This document shows positions 8,204 to 17,436 of a stretch of DNA of 63,135 nt, piece by piece (the first letter of the stretch is position 1; each line of letters opens with the position of its first letter). The position numbers and the translations under genes are program-made. This DNA comes from Clostridia bacterium (lineage in GTDB: Bacteria; Bacillota; Clostridia; UMGS1883; UMGS1540): positions 1-63,135 of the forward strand of contig JAZNHR010000025.1 in the NCBI GenBank assembly GCA_045577075.1. The letters run 5' to 3'. The notes under the pieces were generated by a model, which was given only the letters and a program-made list of their open reading frames with translations, made no database searches and was not told the origin of the DNA.

Positions 8204-9268
8204 ATGAAAACAAAACACAAAACTTTTCTTATGGATGCAGGGATTACCGTTGGCATTTTGGCGGTATTTTTTCTTTTGAGTCTGGATCTCAATCAGGTAC
8301 TAAATGCGTCGACGCTGATTCCGTCGATTTTCGTACTGGCCGTTTTTCTGATTTCCTTGCTTACCCGCGGCTATTGGTATGGCATTTTTGCGGCGCTTGT
8401 CAGCGTGCTCGCGGTAAATTTTGCCTTTACGTTTCCCTATTTTGCCTTCAACTTTAAAGTGCACGAAAATATAATTTCCGCTGTCATTCTAATCGTAGTT
8501 ACCACCGTTACAAGTACGTTGACGACAATCATCAAGCGGCAGGAAAAGATGCGGCTTGGGGCGGAAAAAGAAAAAATGCGGGCAGACCTGCTTCGGGCGG
8601 TTTCCCACGATTTGCGAACGCCGCTCACTGCTATTTATGGTGCTGCGTCCACCGTCATTGAAAACTATGATGCCATTTCGGACGTACAAAAACAGGACAT
8701 TCTGTGCGGCATACAAAATGACAGTAAGTGGCTGATTCGAATGGTAGAAAACCTGCTTTCCATCACGAAGCTAGATGCCGGGGGCGTGCGTCTCCTGAAA
8801 AACCCGGTGGTACTGGAAGAACTTGTGGACACCGTGCTGGCAAAGTTTAAAAAGAATAATCCCGGCCAGGCCGTAGACCTTTCCATGCCGCAGGATTTTA
8901 TTATTGTGGCGGCAGATGCCATGCTCTTGCAGCAGGTGCTTTTAAATCTTTTGGAAAATGCCGTACAGCATGCAAAAGGAATGACAGAGCTTCGCCTTTG
9001 TATTTCAACAGAAGAAAATCAAGCCGTTTTCGAGGTTATGGATAACGGCTGCGGCATGGAAAAAGAAAAACTGAAGTCTGTTTTTTCGGGGTATTATACG
9101 GAAGAGGAAGGGCCAACTGACAGTCAAAAACGGTGCATGGGCATCGGTCTATCGGTTTGCGCCGCGATTATCCGTGCCCACGGCGGCGAAATCGAAGCGG
9201 AAAACAGAAGAAAGGGCGGCATGGTCTTTCGGTTTACGCTGGAAATGGAGGAGGACGCCGATGAATAA
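8204..9268 (+). CDS. sensor histidine kinase, KdpD C-terminal-like (DUF4118 TM + HisKA + HATPase), no Kdp N-terminal sensor domain
   Basis: ATG at 8204 follows GGGAGGGAAAAGT. Four TM segments, H-box LRAVSHDLRTPLTAI, N-box LLNLLENAVQH, G-box DNGCGM. Confidence 0.85.
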   Translation: MKTKHKTFLMDAGITVGILAVFFLLSLDLNQVLNASTLIPSIFVLAVFLISLLTRGYWYGIFAALVSVLAVNFAFTFPYFAFNFKVHENIISAVILIVVTTVTSTLTTIIKRQEKMRLGAEKEKMRADLLRAVSHDLRTPLTAIYGAASTVIENYDAISDVQKQDILCGIQNDSKWLIRMVENLLSITKLDAGGVRLLKNPVVLEELVDTVLAKFKKNNPGQAVDLSMPQDFIIVAADAMLLQQVLLNLLENAVQHAKGMTELRLCISTEENQAVFEVMDNGCGMEKEKLKSVFSGYYTEEEGPTDSQKRCMGIGLSVCAAIIRAHGGEIEAENRRKGGMVFRFTLEMEEDADE

Positions 9269-9968
9269 TAAATATAAAATTTTACTGATTGAAGATGAAG
9301 AAAATATTCGCAAATTCGTCACCGCCCTCTTTGAGGCGAACGGCTATCAGGTACTGACGGCGAAAACGGCAGGCGGCGGCCTTTCCATGTTTTCTTCTCA
9401 CTTGCCGGATTTGGTTGTGTTGGACTTGGGACTTCCGGATCAGGATGGCACCGCCTTTCTCTGCGAAATCCGTAAGGAATTTACTACGCCCGTTATCGTG
9501 CTTTCCGCCCGGAGCGATGAAAGCGACAAGGTGGAAGCCCTCGATATGGGGGCGAACGACTATGTGACAAAGCCCTTCGGCGCGGCCGAGCTCGTGGCAC
9601 GCGTTCGAGGTCTTTTGCGTACAAATTCTCCCCGTGCAAGCGAAGGAAAACTGCCGGACGGCAAGTTTACCTCCGGCGGCATGGTCATTGATTATAACGC
9701 CCGGAAAGTCTATCTGGAAGGCGCGGAAATCAAGCTTACACAAACGGAGTTTAACATTATGGCACTTCTCTCCGAGCATTTTGGAAAAGTCCTTACCTAT
9801 GCGACAATTATTAAAGAAATCTGGGGCTATTCCGATTCCGGCAGTATAAAAAAATTACAGGTGAATATGGCAAATATTCGCCGAAAGTTTTCTCTCAAAC
9901 CTGGGGAAAATCAGTATATTTCCAATGAGCTGGGCGTAGGGTACCGCATGCATAACGACAGCGAATAA
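9261..9968 (+). CDS. OmpR-family response regulator (KdpE-like)
   Basis: MNNKYKILLIEDEENIRKF receiver domain (D..DLGLPD). C-terminal winged helix LTQTEFNIMALL..GVGYR. Start overlaps the kinase stop by 8 nt. Confidence 0.9.
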   Translation: MNNKYKILLIEDEENIRKFVTALFEANGYQVLTAKTAGGGLSMFSSHLPDLVVLDLGLPDQDGTAFLCEIRKEFTTPVIVLSARSDESDKVEALDMGANDYVTKPFGAAELVARVRGLLRTNSPRASEGKLPDGKFTSGGMVIDYNARKVYLEGAEIKLTQTEFNIMALLSEHFGKVLTYATIIKEIWGYSDSGSIKKLQVNMANIRRKFSLKPGENQYISNELGVGYRMHNDSE

Positions 9969-10050
9969 AAGTCTTAGCCGCATCTTTACCGCAAACCTGC
10001 TATACTGATAGCGATGAAAAAATATAGAAAAGCAAAAGAAAGGAAAAAGT

Positions 10051-11793
10051 ATGAGTATTTTTGATGTTTTGACACTGATTGGCGGACTGTGTTTGTTCCT
10101 GTTCGGCATGAGCGTAATGGGGGATGCCTTAGAGCGGCGTGCCGGCAGCGGTCTTAGTGCCATTATCGGAAAGCTGACTACCAATAAATGGGTAGGCTTT
10201 CTGACGGGACTTGGCGTTACCGCCATTATCCAAAGTTCATCCGCTACCACCGTAATGGTAGTAGGCTTTGTAAACTCGGGGCTGATGACGCTTCGGCAGG
10301 CCATCAGCGTCATTATGGGTGCCAATATCGGTACCACCGTAACGTCGTGGATTTTGAGTCTTGGAGGCATTGAAAGCAGTAATGTGGTTGTACAGCTTTT
10401 TAAGCCGACATCCTTTACACCTGTTCTGGCACTGATCGGTATTGCCTTTTTTATGTTTGGTAAAACCAACAAGAAAAAAGATACAGGCACCATTTTACTC
10501 GGCTTTGCCGTTTTGATGTTCGGGATGGATATTATGTCCGGCGCGGTTGCAGGTCTTCGGGATGTGCCGGCGTTTCGAGACCTTTTCATTCTCTTTAAAA
10601 ACCCGATTTTAGGCGTTTTAGCAGGGGCAATCCTGACGGCGATTATCCAGTCCAGTTCTGCATCTGTCGGTATTTTGCAGGCACTTACGGTCACGGGGCA
10701 GATTTCCTACGGTGCCGCCTTCCCGATTATTATGGGGCAGAATATCGGCACCTGCGTCACGGCTATTCTTTCCTCGGTCGGTACAAACCGAAATGCAAAG
10801 CGCGTAGCGATGGCGCATTTGTTATTTAATGTTATTGGCACAGTGATATTGCTGGTGCTATTATATGTTGTGAAATTTGTGTTTGTGCCGGCTCTTCTGG
10901 ATTCAGGCGCCACCCATTTCGGTATCGCGGTTGCCCACACGGTGTTTAACGTTGTCTGCACGGCGATTTTACTACCCATGTCCGGGCACCTTGAAAAGCT
11001 TGTGTGTTGGCTTGTGCCGGATGCGAAGGGCAAAGAAGAAAAGACGGAACTGGACGACAGACTTTTGTCTACCCCTGCCGTTGCCCTCGATGCATGTCGG
11101 AAGCAGGCGCTGTCTATGGCGAAATACGCTGTGCGCGCCCTTCGGGACAGTATTTATACCTTGTTTGATTATAAAGCGGCACTTGCGGAGGACATTCGGG
11201 AGAATGAAGAACGCACGGACCATTTGGAGGATGTTATCGGTAACTATTTGGTAAAGCTCTCCGCCTACCAGAAAAACGAGGACGAAAGTGCGGAATCGGC
11301 AAGACTGCTTCGCATTATCGGCGATTTTGAGCGAATTTCCGACCACGCGGTCAATATCTTGGAATCAGCAGAGGAGCTGCGGGACAAGAGTATACAGTTT
11401 ACCGATACAGGGAAGAAGGAACTTTCCGTGCTGGCGGATGCGGTAAGCGAGATTTCGGCACTTGCCTTTTCTGCTTTTGAAACAGGGGACACAGACACGG
11501 CTCTTGAAATTGAGCCGTTGGAAGAAATTATTGACAGCCTCAAAGAAAGGCTTCGTGCAAGCCATATTTCGCGCCTGCAAAAAGGGGAGTGCAGTATTGA
11601 GGCGGGCTTTGTCTGGTCTGACCTTTTGACAAATTTTGAACGCACTGCAGACCATTGCTCTAACATTGCCGGCTGCATCATTGAAACGTCCCACCATACG
11701 CTGCACATGCATGACAGTATTTACATTTTGAAATCCGAGAGTGAAGCGTTCAAAGAAAAATTTGCCTATTATTCCGATAAATATCAATTATAA
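10051..11793 (+). CDS. Na/Pi cotransporter family protein with C-terminal PhoU-like repeats
   Basis: 580 aa. Duplicated QSSSAT/QSSSAS motifs of the NptA family, plus two PhoU-type helices (ERISDHA, ERTADHC). Confidence 0.9.
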   Translation: MSIFDVLTLIGGLCLFLFGMSVMGDALERRAGSGLSAIIGKLTTNKWVGFLTGLGVTAIIQSSSATTVMVVGFVNSGLMTLRQAISVIMGANIGTTVTSWILSLGGIESSNVVVQLFKPTSFTPVLALIGIAFFMFGKTNKKKDTGTILLGFAVLMFGMDIMSGAVAGLRDVPAFRDLFILFKNPILGVLAGAILTAIIQSSSASVGILQALTVTGQISYGAAFPIIMGQNIGTCVTAILSSVGTNRNAKRVAMAHLLFNVIGTVILLVLLYVVKFVFVPALLDSGATHFGIAVAHTVFNVVCTAILLPMSGHLEKLVCWLVPDAKGKEEKTELDDRLLSTPAVALDACRKQALSMAKYAVRALRDSIYTLFDYKAALAEDIRENEERTDHLEDVIGNYLVKLSAYQKNEDESAESARLLRIIGDFERISDHAVNILESAEELRDKSIQFTDTGKKELSVLADAVSEISALAFSAFETGDTDTALEIEPLEEIIDSLKERLRASHISRLQKGECSIEAGFVWSDLLTNFERTADHCSNIAGCIIETSHHTLHMHDSIYILKSESEAFKEKFAYYSDKYQL

Positions 11794-11810
11794 CGTTAGA
11801 AAGGATACTT

Positions 11811-13226
11811 ATGAGAAAGACAAAAGTAATTTGCACCATAGGCCCAGCCTGTGAAGACGAAAATATTTTGACCCAGATGTGCCTGGAGGGCATGAACGTG
11901 GCGAGACTCAATTTTTCTCACGGCACCCATGAGGAACATCAGCAAAAAATTGATTTAATAAAAAAAGTTCGGGAAAAGCTGGATTTACCCATTGCCATTA
12001 TGTTGGATACAAAAGGGCCGGAATACAGAATTAAAACCTTTGCAGAGAAAAAAATCACAGTTGCGGAAGGGGATACCTTTACTTTTACAACGGAAGAAAT
12101 CGAAGGGACAAGAGAAAAAGTATCCGTAAACTACAAAAATTTGATTGCGGAGCTACATATCGGGGACACGATTACGGTCAATAATGGCCTTGTTATTTTT
12201 GAAGTGCAGGAGATTCGTGAGACGGAAGCGGTGTGCAGAGTTGTAGTAGGCGGTACGCTTTCCGACAGAAAAAGCATGCATTTCCCCGGCATCGTTATGA
12301 AGCATGATTTTTTAAGCAAGCAGGACAAAGAGGATTTGCTGTTTGGAATTCAGAATGATATTGATTTTGTGGCGGCATCCTTTGTTTCCCGAAAACAGGA
12401 TGTGGCAGATATTCGGAATTTTCTTGATGAAAATGGCGGTCGAGACATTGATATTATAGCAAAAATAGAGAATCGCTCAGGGGTAGATAATATTGAAGAA
12501 ATCTGCGAACTGGCAGACGGCATCATGATTGCTCGCGGCGATTTGGGCGTGGAGATTCCCTTTATCGAGGTGCCGGCAATTCAAAAATATCTAATCAACA
12601 AGTGCAGACTGCTCGGCATTCGGGTCATTACCGCTACAGAAATGCTGGAATCCATGATATATAATCCCAGACCCACTCGTGCTGAACTGTCAGACGTGGC
12701 AAATGCCGTATATGACGGCTCTTCTGCCATTATGCTTTCAGGCGAAACGGCATCGGGACAGTATCCCGTACTGGCTGTGAAAAACATGGTGGAAATCGCA
12801 GAGTTTACAGAGCAAAAAATTCATTATATCAATCGGTTTAAGTCAACGGAATTTAAAATTAAAAATAATTTGGACGCGTTGTCCCATTCCACGTGTTCCA
12901 TGGCAATTACCCTCGGGGCGAAGGGGATTGTAGTAAATTCCATTAGTGGCCGTACTGCAAGAATGGTCAGCCGTTTCCGTTGCCCCGTGGATATTCTTGC
13001 TACAACCACCTCGAAAAAAGTACAGCGCAAACTGAATTTAAGCTGGGGCGTAAAGCCTGTTTTATGCGAAGAATTTTCATCTGTGGAGGTTATGTTTTAC
13101 AGTGCCCTAAAAACCGCAAAGGAAATCTTTCATCTAGAAAAAGGAGACAATGTGGTTTTGACCGGCGGGCAAATTAACGGTAAAAGCGGCAATTCCAACA
13201 TCATTAAAATTGAACAAATTCAGTAA
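11811..13226 (+). CDS. pyk: pyruvate kinase
   Basis: MRKTKVICTIGPA..MNVARLNFSHG..MLDTKGPE..IMIARGDLGVEIP. Confidence 0.95.
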   Translation: MRKTKVICTIGPACEDENILTQMCLEGMNVARLNFSHGTHEEHQQKIDLIKKVREKLDLPIAIMLDTKGPEYRIKTFAEKKITVAEGDTFTFTTEEIEGTREKVSVNYKNLIAELHIGDTITVNNGLVIFEVQEIRETEAVCRVVVGGTLSDRKSMHFPGIVMKHDFLSKQDKEDLLFGIQNDIDFVAASFVSRKQDVADIRNFLDENGGRDIDIIAKIENRSGVDNIEEICELADGIMIARGDLGVEIPFIEVPAIQKYLINKCRLLGIRVITATEMLESMIYNPRPTRAELSDVANAVYDGSSAIMLSGETASGQYPVLAVKNMVEIAEFTEQKIHYINRFKSTEFKIKNNLDALSHSTCSMAITLGAKGIVVNSISGRTARMVSRFRCPVDILATTTSKKVQRKLNLSWGVKPVLCEEFSSVEVMFYSALKTAKEIFHLEKGDNVVLTGGQINGKSGNSNIIKIEQIQ

Positions 13227-13231
13227 GCTTA

Positions 13232-13281
13232 AAAAATCCGTATTTTCGGCAGGGATACGCTTGCCAAAATACGGATTTTTT
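13232..13281 (+). terminator. intrinsic terminator after pyk
   Basis: 15-bp inverted repeat AAAAATCCGTATTTT/AAAATACGGATTTTT with 19-nt loop and a trailing T-run. Confidence 0.7.
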
Positions 13282-13323
13282 GTTATACTGTATATAAAGT
13301 CTGTTTTTGGAAGGGTGCATGAA

Positions 13324-14190
13324 ATGGAAAGCATAAAGGCGAAAAATATATTGCTGCTTACGCTGGCGGGTTTTATCAACGCGTTTGGCGTTACGGTGTT
13401 TTTAACGCCCGTAAAACTGTATGACGGCGGCATTTCCGGCACCTCTATGCTGCTTTCACAAATTACGCCGGCATATCTTTCCCTGTCCGTTTTTCTGCTC
13501 CTTTTAAATATACCACTTTTTATCTTCGGGTATAAAAAGCAAGGAAAAGTGTTTACCTTGTATTCTGTATATACCGTGGTTATCTATTCCCTTGGTGCAT
13601 GGCTGATTACAGATGTTTTGCCCATTGATGTCTCTCTCGCCTCGCCCCTTGCGGGGAATGACCTACTCCTTTGCGCTTTATTCGGCGGTATGATTTCGGG
13701 CGTGGGTAGCGGGCTTACCATTCGCTTTGGTGGCGCCATTGACGGGGTTGAGGTTATGGCGGTGGTGTTCGCAAAGCGCATAGGGGTAACGGTGGGTACG
13801 TTCGTTATGGTGTATAACGTACTTTTATATGTCATCTGCGGCATGCTTTTAAATAGCTGGATTTTGCCCCTTTATTCCATTGTTACGTATGCGGCGGCAC
13901 TCAAAACCATTGACTTTATTGTCGAGGGTATTGACCGCTCCAAGGCCGCTACCATTATTACTGCAAAGCCGCAGGAAATTTGCGCCGCCTTGATGGAAAC
14001 CTTTGAAAGCGGCATTACAAAGCTGGAGGCGAAGGGCGGCTACTCCAATACCGATAAAACGATGCTGTATTTTATTGTAGACCGTTTCCAGATTTCCAAA
14101 ATGCGCGAGATTGTGCACGGACTTGACGAGAGTGCATTTATCACCATTACGGAAGTGGCGGATGTATTTAAGGCAAACATGGGAAAATAA
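13324..14190 (+). CDS. YitT family membrane protein (DUF2179 C-terminal domain)
   Basis: Start taken at MESIKAKNILLL (13324), because the upstream part of the track ORF overlaps the pyk terminator. Multi-TM N-terminus and a DUF2179-like C-terminus (GITKLEAKGGYS...VDRFQISKMREIV). Confidence 0.8.
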   Translation: MESIKAKNILLLTLAGFINAFGVTVFLTPVKLYDGGISGTSMLLSQITPAYLSLSVFLLLLNIPLFIFGYKKQGKVFTLYSVYTVVIYSLGAWLITDVLPIDVSLASPLAGNDLLLCALFGGMISGVGSGLTIRFGGAIDGVEVMAVVFAKRIGVTVGTFVMVYNVLLYVICGMLLNSWILPLYSIVTYAAALKTIDFIVEGIDRSKAATIITAKPQEICAALMETFESGITKLEAKGGYSNTDKTMLYFIVDRFQISKMREIVHGLDESAFITITEVADVFKANMGK

Positions 14191-14217
14191 AAAAGAATCC
14201 ACTTGCTCATATTTAAA

Positions 14218-14263
14218 GTGCACCTCTAAAAGTTAAACACTTTTGGAGGTGCACATCTTTTTT
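14218..14263. terminator. terminator between convergent yitT-like and rubrerythrin genes
   Basis: GTGCACCTC...GAGGTGCAC with additional inner pairing. ATCTTTTTT follows on the plus strand. Confidence 0.65.
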
Positions 14264-14276
14264 GCGTGAATTCTTT

Positions 14277-14816
14277 TTAATAATTTTTGGCGAGAATCTT
14301 AAAGTAAGCCTTCGGATGCGCACAAACGGGGCAAACCTCGGGAGCCTGGGCGCCTACATGAAGGTGACCGCAGTTTGCACAAATCCAAACCTGTTCGGTA
14401 GGCTTTTTAAATACTTCGTCCTTCTCGATGTTGGAAACGAGTGCATTGTAGCGTTCCTCGTGTTCCTTTTCGATTTTGCCGACGGAATCAAAAAGAAATG
14501 CAATATGGTCAAAGCCTTCTTCCTTTGCAACGCGTGCAAATTCGGCGTACATTTCCGTCCATTCGTACTTTTCGCCGCTAGCGGCGTCTTTTAAGTTGGT
14601 AAGCGTGTCGGGCATGCCGTCATGAAGAAGCTTAAACCAGATTTTGGCGTGTTCTTTTTCGTTGTTTGCAGTTTCCGTGAAGATTTCCGCAATCTGCTCA
14701 AAGCCGTCCTTCTTTGCCTTGGAAGCGTAGTAGGTGTACTTATTTCTGGCTTGGGACTCGCCTGCAAAGGCAGCCATTAAGTTTGCTTCTGTTCGGGAAC
14801 CTTTTAAATTTGCCAT
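14277..14816 (-). CDS. rbr: rubrerythrin
   Basis: Diiron motifs E..E.H repeated. C-terminal rubredoxin CANCGH...CPVCAHP. Confidence 0.95.
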   Translation of the reverse strand: MANLKGSRTEANLMAAFAGESQARNKYTYYASKAKKDGFEQIAEIFTETANNEKEHAKIWFKLLHDGMPDTLTNLKDAASGEKYEWTEMYAEFARVAKEEGFDHIAFLFDSVGKIEKEHEERYNALVSNIEKDEVFKKPTEQVWICANCGHLHVGAQAPEVCPVCAHPKAYFKILAKNY

Positions 14817-14878
14817 GAGAAAAACCTCCTGAAAATTTTTTGTATTATAAGCGAAATTTTCGCTATAAGTACCGCTAA

Positions 14879-15394
14879 TTATGCAATGTAAACGTTACGG
14901 GGATTATATCGTTTAAAGGACTGCACCATGTCCTCCGTGGGCTGAAAAATCACGCAGGTGCGAACGCCCACACGCTCGAAAACCGCAAAATAGTTTTCTT
15001 CATGCCCGTCGTACGCGACGAACGAGCGGCAGGGGAGAGACCTATATTCCGCAAAGTAATTGCCGCGGTTTACGGGGGCAATGATTTCACATTCCCGACT
15101 GTCAAAGGAAATCATACGCTTACGCTTTTGTTTTGCAATGATTTGGTCAATGTCCACCGTGCCTTCTGTTACGATATATTCGTACTCCCAGTTATGGAGT
15201 GCCGCCGCACGGATTCCAAAGAACAGTGCGAAAAAAGCACCGCATAGGCCAATGTAGCGAAGCCCCATGATAAGCCCTATATAATAGGCCACAATCGCCC
15301 CTGCAATGCCTGCGACAACAAAGCCTACGTCCGTAAGATATTCCTTCGGCGTTTTTTGGTGGCGCACAATCGATTCATAAAAACCTTCCAGCAT
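14879..15394 (-). CDS. conserved hypothetical membrane protein (2 TM N-terminus plus soluble C-terminal domain)
   Basis: 171-aa ORF with coding-like composition and two predicted TM helices (VGFVVAGIAGAIVAYYIGLI, GLCGAFFALFFGI). No family assigned with confidence. Confidence 0.5.
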   Translation of the reverse strand: MLEGFYESIVRHQKTPKEYLTDVGFVVAGIAGAIVAYYIGLIMGLRYIGLCGAFFALFFGIRAAALHNWEYEYIVTEGTVDIDQIIAKQKRKRMISFDSRECEIIAPVNRGNYFAEYRSLPCRSFVAYDGHEENYFAVFERVGVRTCVIFQPTEDMVQSFKRYNPRNVYIA

Positions 15395-15403
15395 AGTATC
15401 CTC

Positions 15404-16354
15404 CTATCTGTCCTCGCGGAAATAGTTGTTGCCGCAGCCCTGGGGCTGTCTCCGTTCCCTGGATTTGCGAATGGAAGCCACAACTAAGATAATGGTTGTA
15501 ATCACATAAGGCAGCATTTCCAAAAACGCGGCAGGAATTTGCAGCCAGTCCACACGAAAGCGAATAACTTCAAACATACCAAAAAGCAGTGTACCCAAAA
15601 TTGCCTTGATGGGATTCCAGTTTGCAAAGATAACCAGGGCTACCGCAATCCAGCCCTGCCCGTTTACACAGGCATTTTGCCACTGGCCGCCGAAAAAGAA
15701 CAGGGACAAGTAGGCGCCGCCAAGGCCACACACACCGCCGCCTAAAAGAATATGCAAATACTTTGTACGGGCGACCTTTATACCAGCGGCATCTGCCGTC
15801 CCGGGCGCTTCACCGACTGCCCGCATGCGAAGCCCCGCACGGGTCTTATTCATGTAGAAAAAAGCCAAAACGGCAATGACAATGCCAAGATATACAAGTA
15901 TATTATGTGAAAAAAGGAGCTTGCCTATGTATGGAATTTCGCCGAGCAGCGGAATGGGTTTGTCAGCAAGGCGAGCAATCATTGCCGGAGAAAGCTTCGG
16001 CAAAAGTCCACCGTTTGCCGCAATCATGCGAAGGCCGAAAAAGTTTGCAAACGCGGTGCCAAAAATCGTAAGGGCAAGCCCTGCCACCGTCTGGTTTGCC
16101 CGAAGGGAAACGGTAAGCACGGCATAAATCAGTGCGCCGAACATGCCGGCTAAAAAGGCGGCAAGAAGGGCTACAAGAAGGCTATCCGTATGGAGCCCTG
16201 CAAAAAAGCCGAAAAAGGCACCCAGCCACATCATACCTTCGACGCCGAGGTTCATATTTCCTGCTTTTTCCGTAATAATTTCTCCCGTGGTGCCGAACAG
16301 CAGGGGAATACCGGCACGAATGGCGGCGGTCAGTAAGTTAATCAGGCTATTCAT
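15404..16354 (-). CDS. ABC transporter permease (BMP/nucleoside-type, YufQ/NupQ-like)
   Basis: 316-aa multi-TM protein. Overlaps the upstream permease gene by 4 nt. Confidence 0.85.
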   Translation of the reverse strand: MNSLINLLTAAIRAGIPLLFGTTGEIITEKAGNMNLGVEGMMWLGAFFGFFAGLHTDSLLVALLAAFLAGMFGALIYAVLTVSLRANQTVAGLALTIFGTAFANFFGLRMIAANGGLLPKLSPAMIARLADKPIPLLGEIPYIGKLLFSHNILVYLGIVIAVLAFFYMNKTRAGLRMRAVGEAPGTADAAGIKVARTKYLHILLGGGVCGLGGAYLSLFFFGGQWQNACVNGQGWIAVALVIFANWNPIKAILGTLLFGMFEVIRFRVDWLQIPAAFLEMLPYVITTIILVVASIRKSRERRQPQGCGNNYFREDR

Positions 16355-17436
16355 GCTTTTTCCCTCCCTCTGTAAATAATTTTATACTGCATAAAGAAGT
16401 CAAATGCCAAAATCACAAACAGGATAATGCCCTGGAGAATATCAGCAACGGCAGGGGAAAGACCAAGTTTTAATAGTGCGCTGCCGGAGCACCCTTGGGT
16501 AAGGGTTGCAAACAGCATGGAGAAAAGCACGCATACAAAGGGATTAAGGCGCGACAGCCACGCGATAATAATGGCAGTAAAGCCGCGGCCACCGGCAACG
16601 CTTTCCCCGAGGGTATGCTCAATGCCGGCCACCTGAATCATACCGGCAATACCGCAAAGGGCACCGCTTATAAACATGGTGCGCATAATAATGCGGCTTA
16701 CATTCATACCGGCATATCGCGCGGTGTTTATGCTGTCACCGATAACGCTGATTTCGTACCCCTGCTTTGTATACCGCAGATATACAAAAGCGAGTACGAC
16801 GAGCACCACGGTGAAAATCCAGCCCATATGTACGCCCCCCACAATATCCAGGCGAGCACGCTGCGCAAACTTGGCAATGCCGGGGAAGCCCGGGGTTTCC
16901 GACCAAGGGCCGTCCTTAAGATAGGTAATAAAGCTGAGCGCGATATAGTTGAGCATCAGCGTAAACAGCGTTTCGTTCGTATCAAACTTCGTCTTAAAGA
17001 ATGCCGGAATAAGCCCGACAATACCGCCGCCGATTGCCCCTGCCAGAAACATCACCAAAAGGAGAAGGTAGTGTGGCATTTGGCTTTGGAAAAGCGCAAA
17101 GTAGGAAGCAAAAATGGCGCCTGCAATCATTTGCCCTTCCGCGCCGATATTCCAAAACTTCATTTTAAAAGCAACGGAAACGGCGATAGAGGTAATGACA
17201 AGGGGAATCGCATAGCCAATTGTTTTAAATACATAGGAGCCGGTACGGGCAGATTTAAAAGCACCGTCAATAATTACGCCGTAAACGGTAAAGGGGTTTT
17301 TGCCGAGACACAGAATAAAGAGCCCGCCTATAATCAGCGCGGCAACGAGAGAAATAAAGGAGAGGAGAAGGGGCTTAAAGCCTGTACTTTCCGCCTTCTT
17401 CGCCAGATGGAATCTGGATAAAAAATTACTCAGCAT
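16351..17436 (-). CDS. ABC transporter permease (YufP/NupP-like)
   Basis: Start taken at ATG 17436 (MLSNFLSRF), 8 nt after GGAGG. The track start at 17463 would overlap the ATPase gene by 38 nt. Confidence 0.8.
   Translation of the reverse strand: MLSNFLSRFHLAKKAESTGFKPLLLSFISLVAALIIGGLFILCLGKNPFTVYGVIIDGAFKSARTGSYVFKTIGYAIPLVITSIAVSVAFKMKFWNIGAEGQMIAGAIFASYFALFQSQMPHYLLLLVMFLAGAIGGGIVGLIPAFFKTKFDTNETLFTLMLNYIALSFITYLKDGPWSETPGFPGIAKFAQRARLDIVGGVHMGWIFTVVLVVLAFVYLRYTKQGYEISVIGDSINTARYAGMNVSRIIMRTMFISGALCGIAGMIQVAGIEHTLGESVAGGRGFTAIIIAWLSRLNPFVCVLFSMLFATLTQGCSGSALLKLGLSPAVADILQGIILFVILAFDFFMQYKIIYRGREKA

Noticed and set aside
9855-10694. 279-aa minus-strand ORF
   Set aside because: Antisense to the response regulator 3' end and the Na/Pi cotransporter. 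No RBS and not coding-like.
16495-17421. 308-aa plus-strand ORF inside the ABC permease gene (also 17901-18668 and 19441-20334)
   Set aside because: Antisense shadows of clearly homologous ABC transporter genes. K/G/N-rich translations.
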